Virus record (IMG/VR): IMGVR_UViG_3300047489_000453
Location: 32,001-96,000 of that record
Reading direction: 5' to 3' (one strand)
Source: a virus
DNA: 64,000 bases
Part shown: piece after piece, positions 48,010 through 56,831 of the stretch
Layout: each line of letters begins with the position of its first letter
Position numbering within the stretch: the first letter of the stretch is position 1
The notes under the pieces: model-generated
Seen by the model: only the letters and a program-made list of their open reading frames with translations
What the model was told of the DNA's origin: nothing
Database searches by the model: none
Program-made: the position numbers and the translations under genes

Positions 48010-48636
48010 CTAGCGTTCTAGGCTTTTACTCACTGCATTATTAACTGCTTTTTGAGCACTTATTGGATCTGTTAGTTTAATTGAACTGCCTGCTACGTTT
48101 CTAGCGTAATTACCCCAAGATCCTGCAGGAGTAAATAGGGCTTTAAGTACGCTTGGGCCTTTGTATGCCAGCGCCAAATCACCACTTGAACCTATTAACC
48201 CATGTCCTCTTTGTAGATTGTAATCAATCATTGCTTGGTGTTTAGCTTTGTTTTCAGCTTCCCATGCCTCTCTTTGCTCTGGACTGGCTGCGGCCCACCT
48301 GCTTTTATCGGTAGGAAAATACTTTCCGGCTGCTTGGTCTTTTGCTCTTGCAGTGTCAGACATCTCATAACTTGCATTGTACTTTTTGGGGGGAGAGCCT
48401 GATAAACTTGGAGCCGCATTATTAGCCTGGTTCCACATCTTATTTTGTTGTTCAAATCCTAAAGGTTGTTTTGTTTCTTTAAGGTTTACGCTTTTAACAG
48501 GAGCCCCCAGTTTGCCAGGAACTGGTGTTACTGATAAAGGGTCGGCAGAATTGGCGGAAAGATTGTCAGCTGCTATCTTTCCCATAATCTGGCCAAATCT
48601 AGCCGCTTTGGTAAATCTATTCATTATTTTACTCAT
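48010..48636 (-). CDS. Leader-bearing hypothetical cargo protein
   Basis: N-term MNRFTKAARFGQIMGKIAA; Cys-free. Confidence 0.7.
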   Translation of the reverse strand: MSKIMNRFTKAARFGQIMGKIAADNLSANSADPLSVTPVPGKLGAPVKSVNLKETKQPLGFEQQNKMWNQANNAAPSLSGSPPKKYNASYEMSDTARAKDQAAGKYFPTDKSRWAAASPEQREAWEAENKAKHQAMIDYNLQRGHGLIGSSGDLALAYKGPSVLKALFTPAGSWGNYARNVAGSSIKLTDPISAQKAVNNAVSKSLER

Positions 48637-49193
48637 GAGTCAGCCGTTAGCTTACTTACGTTGTTTTCACCAGTTACGTTTTTCTTTTTGCAGCCAACCG
48701 GAATATAGAATCCTAATTGTGGAGACGTCTCCAAACCATAGCTCCGGCGTATATCCTCAAGATTATCACTTTCTATTGAAATTGCCCATAGCTTTTCGTA
48801 CTCACCGTTAGCTGGGAGCTCTACTATTGGGCCTAAAGTATAGTTATAAGCGTGCCCTCTTTCAGTTACTTTGTCAGGGCCGCCAATCTTATCTACTTCG
48901 GCTTTGGTCATTACTTTAATAGCAGCCTCAGTACGATTATTACGCACAACAAACTCAGCGCCAGGCTCATGTAGGGCATCGAATACTCCTTTGATTAGGG
49001 AAGCTGGGACAGTAAGTTCTATGCCGCCGTTAGGGCCTGCTTGAAGCCTACCGGATAAAGCATGCACAGCCGTATGTGACCCTGCTTTGCATAGATGCCC
49101 GTGAGCCTGACCTAATGAAAAGAACTCGGAGTCGATGAGCTTTGCTCTTTCGATTCCTTTAGATAAACCCAACGATAGCGGCGGTATGGTCAT
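48633..49193 (-). CDS. Hypothetical protein, possibly degenerate 2H-phosphoesterase fold
   Basis: Spacing AAIKV ... SDNLEDIRRSYGL ... FYIPV resembles 2H fold, but with both HxT/S His missing. Confidence 0.35.
   Translation of the reverse strand: MTIPPLSLGLSKGIERAKLIDSEFFSLGQAHGHLCKAGSHTAVHALSGRLQAGPNGGIELTVPASLIKGVFDALHEPGAEFVVRNNRTEAAIKVMTKAEVDKIGGPDKVTERGHAYNYTLGPIVELPANGEYEKLWAISIESDNLEDIRRSYGLETSPQLGFYIPVGCKKKNVTGENNVSKLTADS
48719..48734. repeat. Dispersed 16-bp palindrome copy
   Basis: GTGGAGACGTCTCCAA, 1 mismatch, inside CDS. Confidence 0.75.
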
Positions 49194-49717
49194 TTGACTG
49201 AACCAGGTATAAGCCCTTTAGGATTAAAAAGGTAAGGTAATGCACTGGCGGCATTGCTATTGTATTCGTTGTTAACTCTCATACGAGAAGCTGCTATACC
49301 ATTAATATCTCTAGGTGGATTTGCCCTGTTCATATTGGCTAGTTCGTTATAGTGCTTAGCGTTAGATAGTTCTCTTACTTTATCAGATACGTTAGCTGAT
49401 CTCCACGGACTTGCCGCTGGTGAATCGCTGCGCTTGGGATCTTTAGCGACAGATAGTTGGTTTCTGTTATCTCTATTAGTATTTAACCAACTGTTAGGAT
49501 TAACAAATCCACTGGGGTCTTTTAATCCCCACAGCTGGCTTCTTGCGTCGCCTGTACTAAGACTTCTTCTTTCAGCCTCGCCCGGACTATTAACGATTGT
49601 ACTGATGCCGTTGCCTTTAGGGACATTATCGTGCTGGGGGTTAAAGATATCATTTCTAGGACGCTTGGCCATTCTGCCCATCATTCTTCCAAACTCTTCT
49701 GCTTGTTTAATACTCAT
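49190..49717 (-). CDS. Leader-bearing hypothetical cargo protein
   Basis: N-term MSIKQAEEFGRMMGRMA; Cys-free. Confidence 0.65.
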   Translation of the reverse strand: MSIKQAEEFGRMMGRMAKRPRNDIFNPQHDNVPKGNGISTIVNSPGEAERRSLSTGDARSQLWGLKDPSGFVNPNSWLNTNRDNRNQLSVAKDPKRSDSPAASPWRSANVSDKVRELSNAKHYNELANMNRANPPRDINGIAASRMRVNNEYNSNAASALPYLFNPKGLIPGSVK

Positions 49718-49751
49718 TTGATAAACCCAATGATAGTGGAGGTATGGTCAT
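49707..49751 (-). pseudogene. Truncated duplicate of the 5' end of gene 48633..49193
   Basis: Encodes MTIPPLSLGLSNEY*; 34-nt match (3 mismatches) to 49162..49195. Confidence 0.7.
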
Positions 49752-49755
49752 TTTT

Positions 49756-49825
49756 AATCCTTATAAGTTACCTTGCCAATTACTCTAGGAAATCCTTATA
49801 AGTTACCTTGCCGATAACTCTACGA
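49756..49825. repeat. 35-bp tandem duplication at 3' end of gene 49780..50622
   Basis: AATCCTTATAAGTTACCTTGCC(A/G)AT(T/A)ACTCTA(G/C)GA twice. Confidence 0.85.
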
Positions 49826-50622
49826 CTCCCTCCATCAGAGCTTGGAGGTAGGGCTATTTCTCCGCCCCAATTCATATATGGACCTGCTTTTTGTCTACTA
49901 TAAGTGTTAGGGTATTTACTAGTATCGAGTATCTGATTCACAAGATGTCCGTAGTAGCTCCTCTCGGCGTCTGTTCTAGCAATGTTTTCTCTAGCCTTTA
50001 TGATGAGTGGCTCTGAATAGTACGGAGGTTTTTGTCTCAACTCTCTTGCAAGGTCAGCCCGAGCTCTTTGGTGCTCAAAGTCAGCTCTGTTTTGTTTTGT
50101 AGTTGCGTCATCAAGGTCACTTTGATAACGGAGACCTTCGAACTCAGGTATGCGGTTTAAATCAATCGGGTAAGGTTCATCTGGGTAATAATTTTTATAT
50201 TTTTTACGATAGTAGTCATCCATCTCTGCTTTTGTAGGCTCTCTAAACCTATGCCTACTCCAGAAATTAGATGAGGAATCATCTGATTTAGGGAGGCTAG
50301 AAGGTGAACCTTGCAAGTGCTTTTTAACTTCCCTTTCTAGCACTCTCTGTTCAGCCTGTCTATACTCGTCGTCTGAAGGCTTACTAGCAGGAATTAGCTT
50401 ACCAGCCAAGTGGCCCAATCCGGCTCCAGCCAAACCACCTAATCCTGCCCCAATCATAGCTCTTCTCAACTTATTCTCTTTGGTTCCTTTAAGCCAGTCA
50501 TAGATAGCGGTGCCTCCGCCACCTATAGCTGCCCCTGCCAAGGATGATAACATTGTAGGGCTTAAAGCTACTGCCCTTTTACCCATCATTCTTCCAAACT
50601 CTTCTGCTTGTTTAATGTTCAT
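49780..50622 (-). CDS. Leader-bearing glycine-zipper cargo protein
   Basis: N-term MNIKQAEEFGRMMGKRA; LAGAAIGGGG and IGAGLGGLAGAGLG; Cys-free. Confidence 0.7.
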   Translation of the reverse strand: MNIKQAEEFGRMMGKRAVALSPTMLSSLAGAAIGGGGTAIYDWLKGTKENKLRRAMIGAGLGGLAGAGLGHLAGKLIPASKPSDDEYRQAEQRVLEREVKKHLQGSPSSLPKSDDSSSNFWSRHRFREPTKAEMDDYYRKKYKNYYPDEPYPIDLNRIPEFEGLRYQSDLDDATTKQNRADFEHQRARADLARELRQKPPYYSEPLIIKARENIARTDAERSYYGHLVNQILDTSKYPNTYSRQKAGPYMNWGGEIALPPSSDGGSRRVIGKVTYKDFLE

Positions 50623-50626
50623 TGCA

Positions 50627-52261
50627 TTAAATTCCTATTGTTCCGAGGGCTTTTTCATACCAAGGTTTTTCTTCGTCTGAATGGAGTAGCGGAAGCGCTT
50701 CTCTAAGATATTCAGGCTTCAGTAAACCATACTCTTTTAATACTTTAGCAGTAGCCAATAAGTTTCTATTGTAGCGTGAAGCGCCTAAGTGGCCCATACC
50801 GGCCCCTGTCAAGCCGCCCATAGCTGCAAGGCCTAACGACTTACCTAGCCCCTGCCCTGTGTACTTACCGGCTACCCCGCCTGCAGCAGCTCCTACAAGT
50901 CCTTTAATGATAGACTCAGCCTTTGGGCTTCTCTTCATTTCTGAGAACTCATAGCCTTCGTCTTTCTTATCAGCCAACTGCTTGATCATGTCGTTAAATG
51001 TTCCTCTGGAAAGACCGGCTGATTCCAAGGTATCAGTAGGGTCAACCAAGGCCCTGGCTTGATGGAACATGGACAAAGCGTTGGACATCTGCTGCGGGCC
51101 AGTACCTCTAGCAACAGAGCCTAAGTCCCTAAAGGCCGCTGTCTTAGCCAGATTTGCTCCAAACTTAGCCGCATTAAGGTACCTGTTATTGGACATGATT
51201 GTTTCCTTATTTAAAGTATCCGCAGCTTTGGCCATTGGCTTTTTAGCTTTTGGCTTTTTCTTCTTTGCCTTTTCTTTTTCCCTAATAGCGTCCCTAAGCC
51301 TAGTAAGCTTTGTAAGGGCTAGTTCTTTGGGAATATTGTACTCTTTTGAATAAGCGTCGGCGTACTCGTCCAAGTAACTTTGTAAGGCCTTTTCATCTCC
51401 AAGAGATTTTCTACTGCCCAATGCCGAGCCTATAGAATAACCCAGCGGAGTTCCAATACCTTTTCCTACAACGTTACCAGTTAAGGCTCCTAGTATGCCG
51501 TAGCCTAGTGGCCCAGCCGGTGATCCTCCGCCGATTGCTGAGCCCTTCATGGCGCCCAATATACCGCCTCCAACTGTTCCAAGAGCGCCGCCTAAACTAT
51601 GGCCCCAATAACTGCCAAGCCCCATAGGTTTGGTTCTAGCCGATTGCTCCAGGGTCTTTACTAAAAGATCTGGGTCAAGCTTTGTCTTGGCCGCGCCGCT
51701 TAGTAGTCTATCTTTGCCTTTGTTCCAGGCCGCATGTTCCATCCATAAAGTAGGCGCAAATCGCTGATATAGGCCAGCGAGTGCGCTTCTTACTTTATCC
51801 TCAGGATCGTATTCATTAAAGTCAGTAGCATGGCCCAGCTCGTGCATCAATACGCCTGGGTTTCCAGAAGGAAGCCATACCTCGTCGGGAGTGCTCCAGT
51901 AAGCGTCGCCAAGCTCCTGGGTGTGAAACTGCTCTTTAGGAAAGTATTTGTTTTTAGCTTTTTCATCTATGAACGGGTTTTGAAACGAGGCTTTATCTTC
52001 GTCAGACACCCTTGGGTTCATTTTGACGCGCTTTTCTAAGTCATCAAGACGTGAACCATGCAGGCCTATTCTAACGTTATTGAGCGCATTATGGGTGGCG
52101 GCAGCCTCCATAGCTTTTCCGATAGCCTTAACTTGTTTAAGATTAATAGTGCCGCCTTCATTAGCTCCGCTACCTGTAGGCCAGGCTGGATCGTAGACAG
52201 GCATCTTATAGTGCTGATAAGCGTCTATGGCTTTTTTTATCATGTCTTGTACATTTGTCAT
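50627..52261 (-). CDS. HExxH metallopeptidase-like glycine-zipper protein with internal leader
   Basis: ATG at 52261 after GGAGG; LMHELGH; long GxxxG tracts; internal MSNNRYLNAAKFGANLAKTAA at 51196. Confidence 0.65.
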   Translation of the reverse strand: MTNVQDMIKKAIDAYQHYKMPVYDPAWPTGSGANEGGTINLKQVKAIGKAMEAAATHNALNNVRIGLHGSRLDDLEKRVKMNPRVSDEDKASFQNPFIDEKAKNKYFPKEQFHTQELGDAYWSTPDEVWLPSGNPGVLMHELGHATDFNEYDPEDKVRSALAGLYQRFAPTLWMEHAAWNKGKDRLLSGAAKTKLDPDLLVKTLEQSARTKPMGLGSYWGHSLGGALGTVGGGILGAMKGSAIGGGSPAGPLGYGILGALTGNVVGKGIGTPLGYSIGSALGSRKSLGDEKALQSYLDEYADAYSKEYNIPKELALTKLTRLRDAIREKEKAKKKKPKAKKPMAKAADTLNKETIMSNNRYLNAAKFGANLAKTAAFRDLGSVARGTGPQQMSNALSMFHQARALVDPTDTLESAGLSRGTFNDMIKQLADKKDEGYEFSEMKRSPKAESIIKGLVGAAAGGVAGKYTGQGLGKSLGLAAMGGLTGAGMGHLGASRYNRNLLATAKVLKEYGLLKPEYLREALPLLHSDEEKPWYEKALGTIGI

Positions 52262-52262
52262 T

Positions 52263-53582
52263 TTAGGCGCTCTCCTCCACTCTTCTTTTCTTACCAAACT
52301 TTTTATCGACAAGTTTGTTAACTCCCTCAATATCAGAGGGGTCCATGTCGTAAATTTCTTTTTTAGCTATTCCAAGGTTTATAAGATCCTTAGTCGGCCT
52401 GCTAGTTAAAAATGGGCCGCCCCATTCTGGGTGCAGGTGAGTGGCTTTGAGCCCAGTGTACGAGTCTTCTGAGACATGTTTATTTAACAAATTAGCCGCT
52501 AATAGGGCTGCATAGTCGCCAAAGTTGTATTGCTTATCAAACTTGCGACCGCCTCTAACGTGATCAAGGGAGCCGCCTAAGTTGTCAAAGACTGAACTAG
52601 CGGCATAATTTAAATAATTTCCTGGAACTTCAGCCGGGTCGTCAACGAATAACCTTGTTAGAAACCTTGGTTCCTTATTTCTAACTATACCAGTTGGCCA
52701 TATTTTGCTTGAATCGCCGCCTATGCCGTTAATTTTTAAAGGCAGGTCGACAGCCATCATAAGCTGTTTTGGTGTTATATCCCTATAAAACAAACCAGCT
52801 CTTTTATTAAAGCTAGGAGCAAACGGACTATTCAAAGAGAAGCCGTTTGAATACAGGTCGTTATAGGCATTCATGTGATGAATGTCGTTTAGTCTGCTTA
52901 TTGCTCTTAGCTTTCTCATAGACTCGTCCCTGTTATATACAGGGTCAGACAAAAGGTCTCGCTTGGTAGCCCCCTGAGGAAGCCTTAGCATTAAATCTTT
53001 TATTCCTTCGTTCTGGGCTTTTCTAGAGAAGTAACCGCCTATACCTGTTAGCCCGCCAAGACCTAACCCGCCTATAAGAGAGGCCCCAAGAATTTTATTA
53101 AGATTAGTATCTTGAAGCTGTGAGCCCAGTGCGGCTCCGCCTAAAGATCCTGCGAGAGCGCCACCTAGGCCGTGAAGTAAGGCGCCTTTAGCTGGGCTGG
53201 AAAGAAGTTCCTGGGCTGGAGTGCCGTAAGACGAGAAAATACGCGGAAACCATCTAGATTCCCCCTCCTGCATTTTCTTTTTATCTTCTTCAGTAATGTC
53301 CCTTCGCTCGGCTACTGGCATGTTTTCTTGGACGGCCAGGTTCTTTATACCGTAAGCGCTTGCCCATTTATAAGACAAGTTAAACGGCTTATAGCCTGCA
53401 GCGCTGACATGGGTGCGCCTGGCAAGATCTGACTTTCTAAGGTTTTTGGGCATCCTGACTGGTTTTTTGGACTCATGCTGCCCTTCTTCCTTGTCGTCTT
53501 CCTCTTCGTCTTTTTTAACTTCTTCCGCAGCTGCTTTTCCAAGATACCTTGCGAACTCGGCTGCCTCGTTAAACCTATCCAT
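52263..53582 (-). CDS. Leader-bearing glycine-zipper cargo protein
   Basis: N-term MDRFNEAAEFARYLGKAAA; GLGGALAGSLGGAALG; Cys-free. Confidence 0.7.
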   Translation of the reverse strand: MDRFNEAAEFARYLGKAAAEEVKKDEEEDDKEEGQHESKKPVRMPKNLRKSDLARRTHVSAAGYKPFNLSYKWASAYGIKNLAVQENMPVAERRDITEEDKKKMQEGESRWFPRIFSSYGTPAQELLSSPAKGALLHGLGGALAGSLGGAALGSQLQDTNLNKILGASLIGGLGLGGLTGIGGYFSRKAQNEGIKDLMLRLPQGATKRDLLSDPVYNRDESMRKLRAISRLNDIHHMNAYNDLYSNGFSLNSPFAPSFNKRAGLFYRDITPKQLMMAVDLPLKINGIGGDSSKIWPTGIVRNKEPRFLTRLFVDDPAEVPGNYLNYAASSVFDNLGGSLDHVRGGRKFDKQYNFGDYAALLAANLLNKHVSEDSYTGLKATHLHPEWGGPFLTSRPTKDLINLGIAKKEIYDMDPSDIEGVNKLVDKKFGKKRRVEESA

Positions 53583-53600
53583 GGTTATCTCCGGTTAAAA

Positions 53601-54857
53601 TTAGGCCATTCCAATTCCTGGTGCAGCCTGGTCTCCCTTGACGATTGATAATATCTGCATGATGGCTTTCTTTTTTAAGTCATCACTATTAAGTAACATG
53701 GGCATAATCCGCCTTAGAGCGTCTGTCTTTCTAGGATACCTGTCACTCATATAGTAATCTAATACCTTCTGTGCGTCAGCTGGAGTAGCTACTGGTTTTC
53801 CAAGATCTTTAGAGTAATAGCGTTTGGCTTCGCTAAGGTGGGCACCCCATTCAGAAGGATTTCCAACATATTTTGCGGTAGTATCAAACTCGCTTGGAGA
53901 CATATTTATCTTTTTTAAAAATTTTTTCATTACTTCGATTTGAGGTTCGCTTATGATCTGAGTCATATTTGTCGAATCGGCAGGCCCAAACGCAGCGTGG
54001 GTCATCTCGTGCCCCAGTATAGAGTACCTGTCTTTTGCGTCAGGATTTAATACAACGTCCCCATAACTACTGAATGGTCGTCTAGGAGCGGCTCCTCCTA
54101 GGTTCTCTCTGCTAACTTTACCTCCATAGGTTGATCGGCCAGAATTGACTATCTTTATCATCTTGTCGATGTCGCTACCTTTACTGCTTATGTTAATAGG
54201 GGCGTCGAGGTCTTTTTGATTAAAAGTAACTAGGCCTAGCTTTTTAGCATCGTCTCTGTACTTTTCGGCATTTTCAACGGCCTTGTCAAATCCGCCCTCT
54301 GTGTCTTTGTAAAAAGGACTTACCACTTCTCTTAAAGAGGCCTTGGCCGAAGTCTCATCTGGAAACTTGAATCTATTTAGTTCGTTAATCAGGCTAGTGC
54401 TAGCCACTTGCCTTTTGTCTTTTGATGGTGGCTGATATGTAGTTTCGCCAGGATTTCTGTTTGGTTGTTGGGGAGTGCTGCCGCCTCTGGCCTGCCCTAA
54501 AGAAAGTAAAGATTTACGCAACGAAGGCACGACTCCTACAGCTCCGCCTATACCGGCGCCTGTAAGACCTCGACTAAGTGCTTCTCGAAGTCTTGACTTA
54601 TCTTTCATTTCGTAGACAGGATCACCATCCTTGTCATACATTGGCTTGCCTTTTTTATCCTTCTTCTGAACATATTCAGATCTAGGAAACAAGGCTCCAT
54701 ACAAAGCGCCAACAGGCCCACCGATAGAGGCACCTATGCCTGCCCCTCTAAGAGGGCTTTCGTCCATATTTAAATCCCCAAACCTGTGAGCCAACCCTAC
54801 TATGGGGGCTATTAGTTTAGGAAGAGGCGCAGCGGACTTGTTGTGACCTTTGTTCAT
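53601..54857 (-). CDS. Glycine-zipper protein with HExxH metallopeptidase-like domain
   Basis: NKSAA short leader; GAGIGASIGG..GALYG; ILGHEMTHA and downstream E. Confidence 0.6.
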   Translation of the reverse strand: MNKGHNKSAAPLPKLIAPIVGLAHRFGDLNMDESPLRGAGIGASIGGPVGALYGALFPRSEYVQKKDKKGKPMYDKDGDPVYEMKDKSRLREALSRGLTGAGIGGAVGVVPSLRKSLLSLGQARGGSTPQQPNRNPGETTYQPPSKDKRQVASTSLINELNRFKFPDETSAKASLREVVSPFYKDTEGGFDKAVENAEKYRDDAKKLGLVTFNQKDLDAPINISSKGSDIDKMIKIVNSGRSTYGGKVSRENLGGAAPRRPFSSYGDVVLNPDAKDRYSILGHEMTHAAFGPADSTNMTQIISEPQIEVMKKFLKKINMSPSEFDTTAKYVGNPSEWGAHLSEAKRYYSKDLGKPVATPADAQKVLDYYMSDRYPRKTDALRRIMPMLLNSDDLKKKAIMQILSIVKGDQAAPGIGMA

Positions 54858-54868
54858 TTGCCTATACC

Positions 54869-55282
54869 TTAAAACAACTTCTTAGGAGTTTTACTTTCAA
54901 TAACAGGAGACTTAGCCGGTAAAGGCTGTTCCTGGGGTAACTTTATATTAGACCAATCTATATCCTTTGGCGCCATACTACCTTGCGGAGTAAACGTAGC
55001 CCCTGGCTGGATTACGCCGTCTTTCATTATGGCCTTGGTAGTACCCGGACCAGTAGCACCTGCTGCCGCCCTGGCTGCTTGACCTTTTCTATATAGTTCC
55101 TGCCTAGTTTTATATATGTCGTTTTCTCTCCAGGTATAAGCCTTTCCATCTTCTGGCTTAGGCCTTGGTAGAGTTTCTGGAGTATATCTAGGCATATATG
55201 GCGGGCCTGCTAACTCTAATGGAGCGCCTGCGGCTTTTCCCATTCTTGCTCCAAAGCTTGCCGCTTTTTGAAATCTATTCAT
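54869..55282 (-). CDS. Leader-bearing hypothetical cargo protein
   Basis: N-term MNRFQKAASFGARMGKAAG; Cys-free. Confidence 0.7.
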   Translation of the reverse strand: MNRFQKAASFGARMGKAAGAPLELAGPPYMPRYTPETLPRPKPEDGKAYTWRENDIYKTRQELYRKGQAARAAAGATGPGTTKAIMKDGVIQPGATFTPQGSMAPKDIDWSNIKLPQEQPLPAKSPVIESKTPKKLF

Positions 55283-55284
55283 AA

Positions 55285-55539
55285 TTACTCATTCCTAGTA
55301 AAAACGTAAGTAATAAAGGATACCACTATTAACAACAGGCCTATGGGGGCTGTGAAGAAAAACCATAAAAAAGGCAATGCCGCCCCAGCTGATTTGTCGT
55401 TGGCTGGTAAATTCCATATGGCTGCAAAATAGGCTTCTGCTCTGCTTGGACTAATAAAGAAAGCCGGTAACGGCCAGCAAATTCCGTAGATTCCGGCTAA
55501 TAGTAGTATGACTGCAAATATATGGGCGTATAACTTCAT
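55285..55539 (-). CDS. Small membrane protein (2 TM)
   Basis: 84 aa, two hydrophobic helices. Confidence 0.6.
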   Translation of the reverse strand: MKLYAHIFAVILLLAGIYGICWPLPAFFISPSRAEAYFAAIWNLPANDKSAGAALPFLWFFFTAPIGLLLIVVSFITYVFTRNE

Positions 55540-55547
55540 TTGTTTCC

Positions 55548-55970
55548 CTAAGCAGCGTCATGAATTCTTGGTTGTATGCCGTTAACTTCCTGTTCAAACA
55601 ACTTTCTTTTAAGTCCTATAATCTCTTCTTCCAGCTGAATGACTCTCTTTCTAAGTTCATCATTCTCTTTTCTACAGTTACGTCTGTCATTCTGCAGTTC
55701 TTCCATGTCTTTTTTCAAGTCCACTATCTCGTTTCTAATAAAATCGTGCATGGACTTGGTAGTTTCAACTATCATTCGATACTCTTCAAATATGGTGTCG
55801 TGCTCCTTATGCTCCATTCTTTGCTGCTGAAGATTGAGCTTTTGCAGCTCAACCTCCGCAGTCTTTGATGTCTTTAACTTATTTATGTAAATCATAGATA
55901 CGGCGCCAGCGATTGAGCCGATGGCGCCTATGATGATGCTAACTGCTGACAGGGCTATTTCAAAACTCAT
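55548..55970 (-). CDS. N-terminal TM plus coiled-coil protein
   Basis: Hydrophobic residues 5-29 followed by heptad-rich charged region. Confidence 0.65.
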   Translation of the reverse strand: MSFEIALSAVSIIIGAIGSIAGAVSMIYINKLKTSKTAEVELQKLNLQQQRMEHKEHDTIFEEYRMIVETTKSMHDFIRNEIVDLKKDMEELQNDRRNCRKENDELRKRVIQLEEEIIGLKRKLFEQEVNGIQPRIHDAA

Positions 55971-55972
55971 AG

Positions 55973-56788
55973 TTATCTCCCTGGGTTAGTTAGGTTTAGA
56001 GTGTTTCTAGAAATAGGATCAGGAGCTGGGGCGGGTCCTGGGTTAGTAGAATTTATAACAGCCTGGGATATAGGAGCAGTATCGCCTGAAGATTGAGCCG
56101 ATGCAACCACTTGTGGCTTGGGTATAGTAGCTCCATAAGCATTTAACTTACTCAAAATTTCGGCCTGTCTTGCCTTCATCTTGGCAAGCGTAGCTTTAAG
56201 ATCCTTTAGTTGATTGTTAAGTGAATCTATTTCTTTCTTGCTAAGGTTCCTTGTGGCCCTGCCGTTGATGGCTCTATCCATTTGATTAATTTGCGCTTCT
56301 GTAGCTGGGATTTGCTTTTTGATATTAGCCAATTCAGATTGAAGGGCCGCTATATCTGCAGGCACCCCTGAGGAACCTCCGCCGCCAGAAGACGCACTGT
56401 TCTTGGCGGCATTATATTCTTTGTTGAGGACTACTAAAATGTCGGTGTACTTCTTTGATACGGAGTTAAGTTGGTCTTTACGTGGCCTGTACTGCTTTTC
56501 AAACGACTGAACCAGCTCAACCGCGCCTTTTACAGCAGGGTCCGCTAGCACCTTTTTAATGTCAGTAACTCCGGCTGCAGCGTACTTGTCCAAGGTTGCT
56601 TTATATATAAGGTTGTAAGTCGATACTGAGTTCTCGTAATTAAACTTGAGAAATAACAAATTATCCAAATCCCTGGCTGCGGCTTCAACCTGACTTACGG
56701 TCTTATTGCCAATACGGCCTTTCATGAACTTGTACGAGTCAAGTCCCTGTAAGGCAGTCATAGTAGGGGAATAAGGAATAGCGGCCAT
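55973..56788 (-). CDS. Coiled-coil hypothetical protein with PDPISxN..NLTNP C-terminal motif
   Basis: 271 aa; AAGGAG RBS; Cys-free. Confidence 0.7.
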   Translation of the reverse strand: MAAIPYSPTMTALQGLDSYKFMKGRIGNKTVSQVEAAARDLDNLLFLKFNYENSVSTYNLIYKATLDKYAAAGVTDIKKVLADPAVKGAVELVQSFEKQYRPRKDQLNSVSKKYTDILVVLNKEYNAAKNSASSGGGGSSGVPADIAALQSELANIKKQIPATEAQINQMDRAINGRATRNLSKKEIDSLNNQLKDLKATLAKMKARQAEILSKLNAYGATIPKPQVVASAQSSGDTAPISQAVINSTNPGPAPAPDPISRNTLNLTNPGR

Positions 56789-56831
56789 CTTAGCTCCTTG
56801 CGCTTAGCGCTTATGATATAGGTCAAATCAA

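Noticed and set aside
40547-55282. Lasso-peptide/RiPP cluster (AsnB-like cyclase, peptidase, leader-bearing ORFs)
   Set aside because: AsnB keeps an intact MCGI glutaminase domain and sits with GT9/FkbM sugar genes. The leader-bearing ORFs are 137-540 aa, far larger than RiPP precursors.
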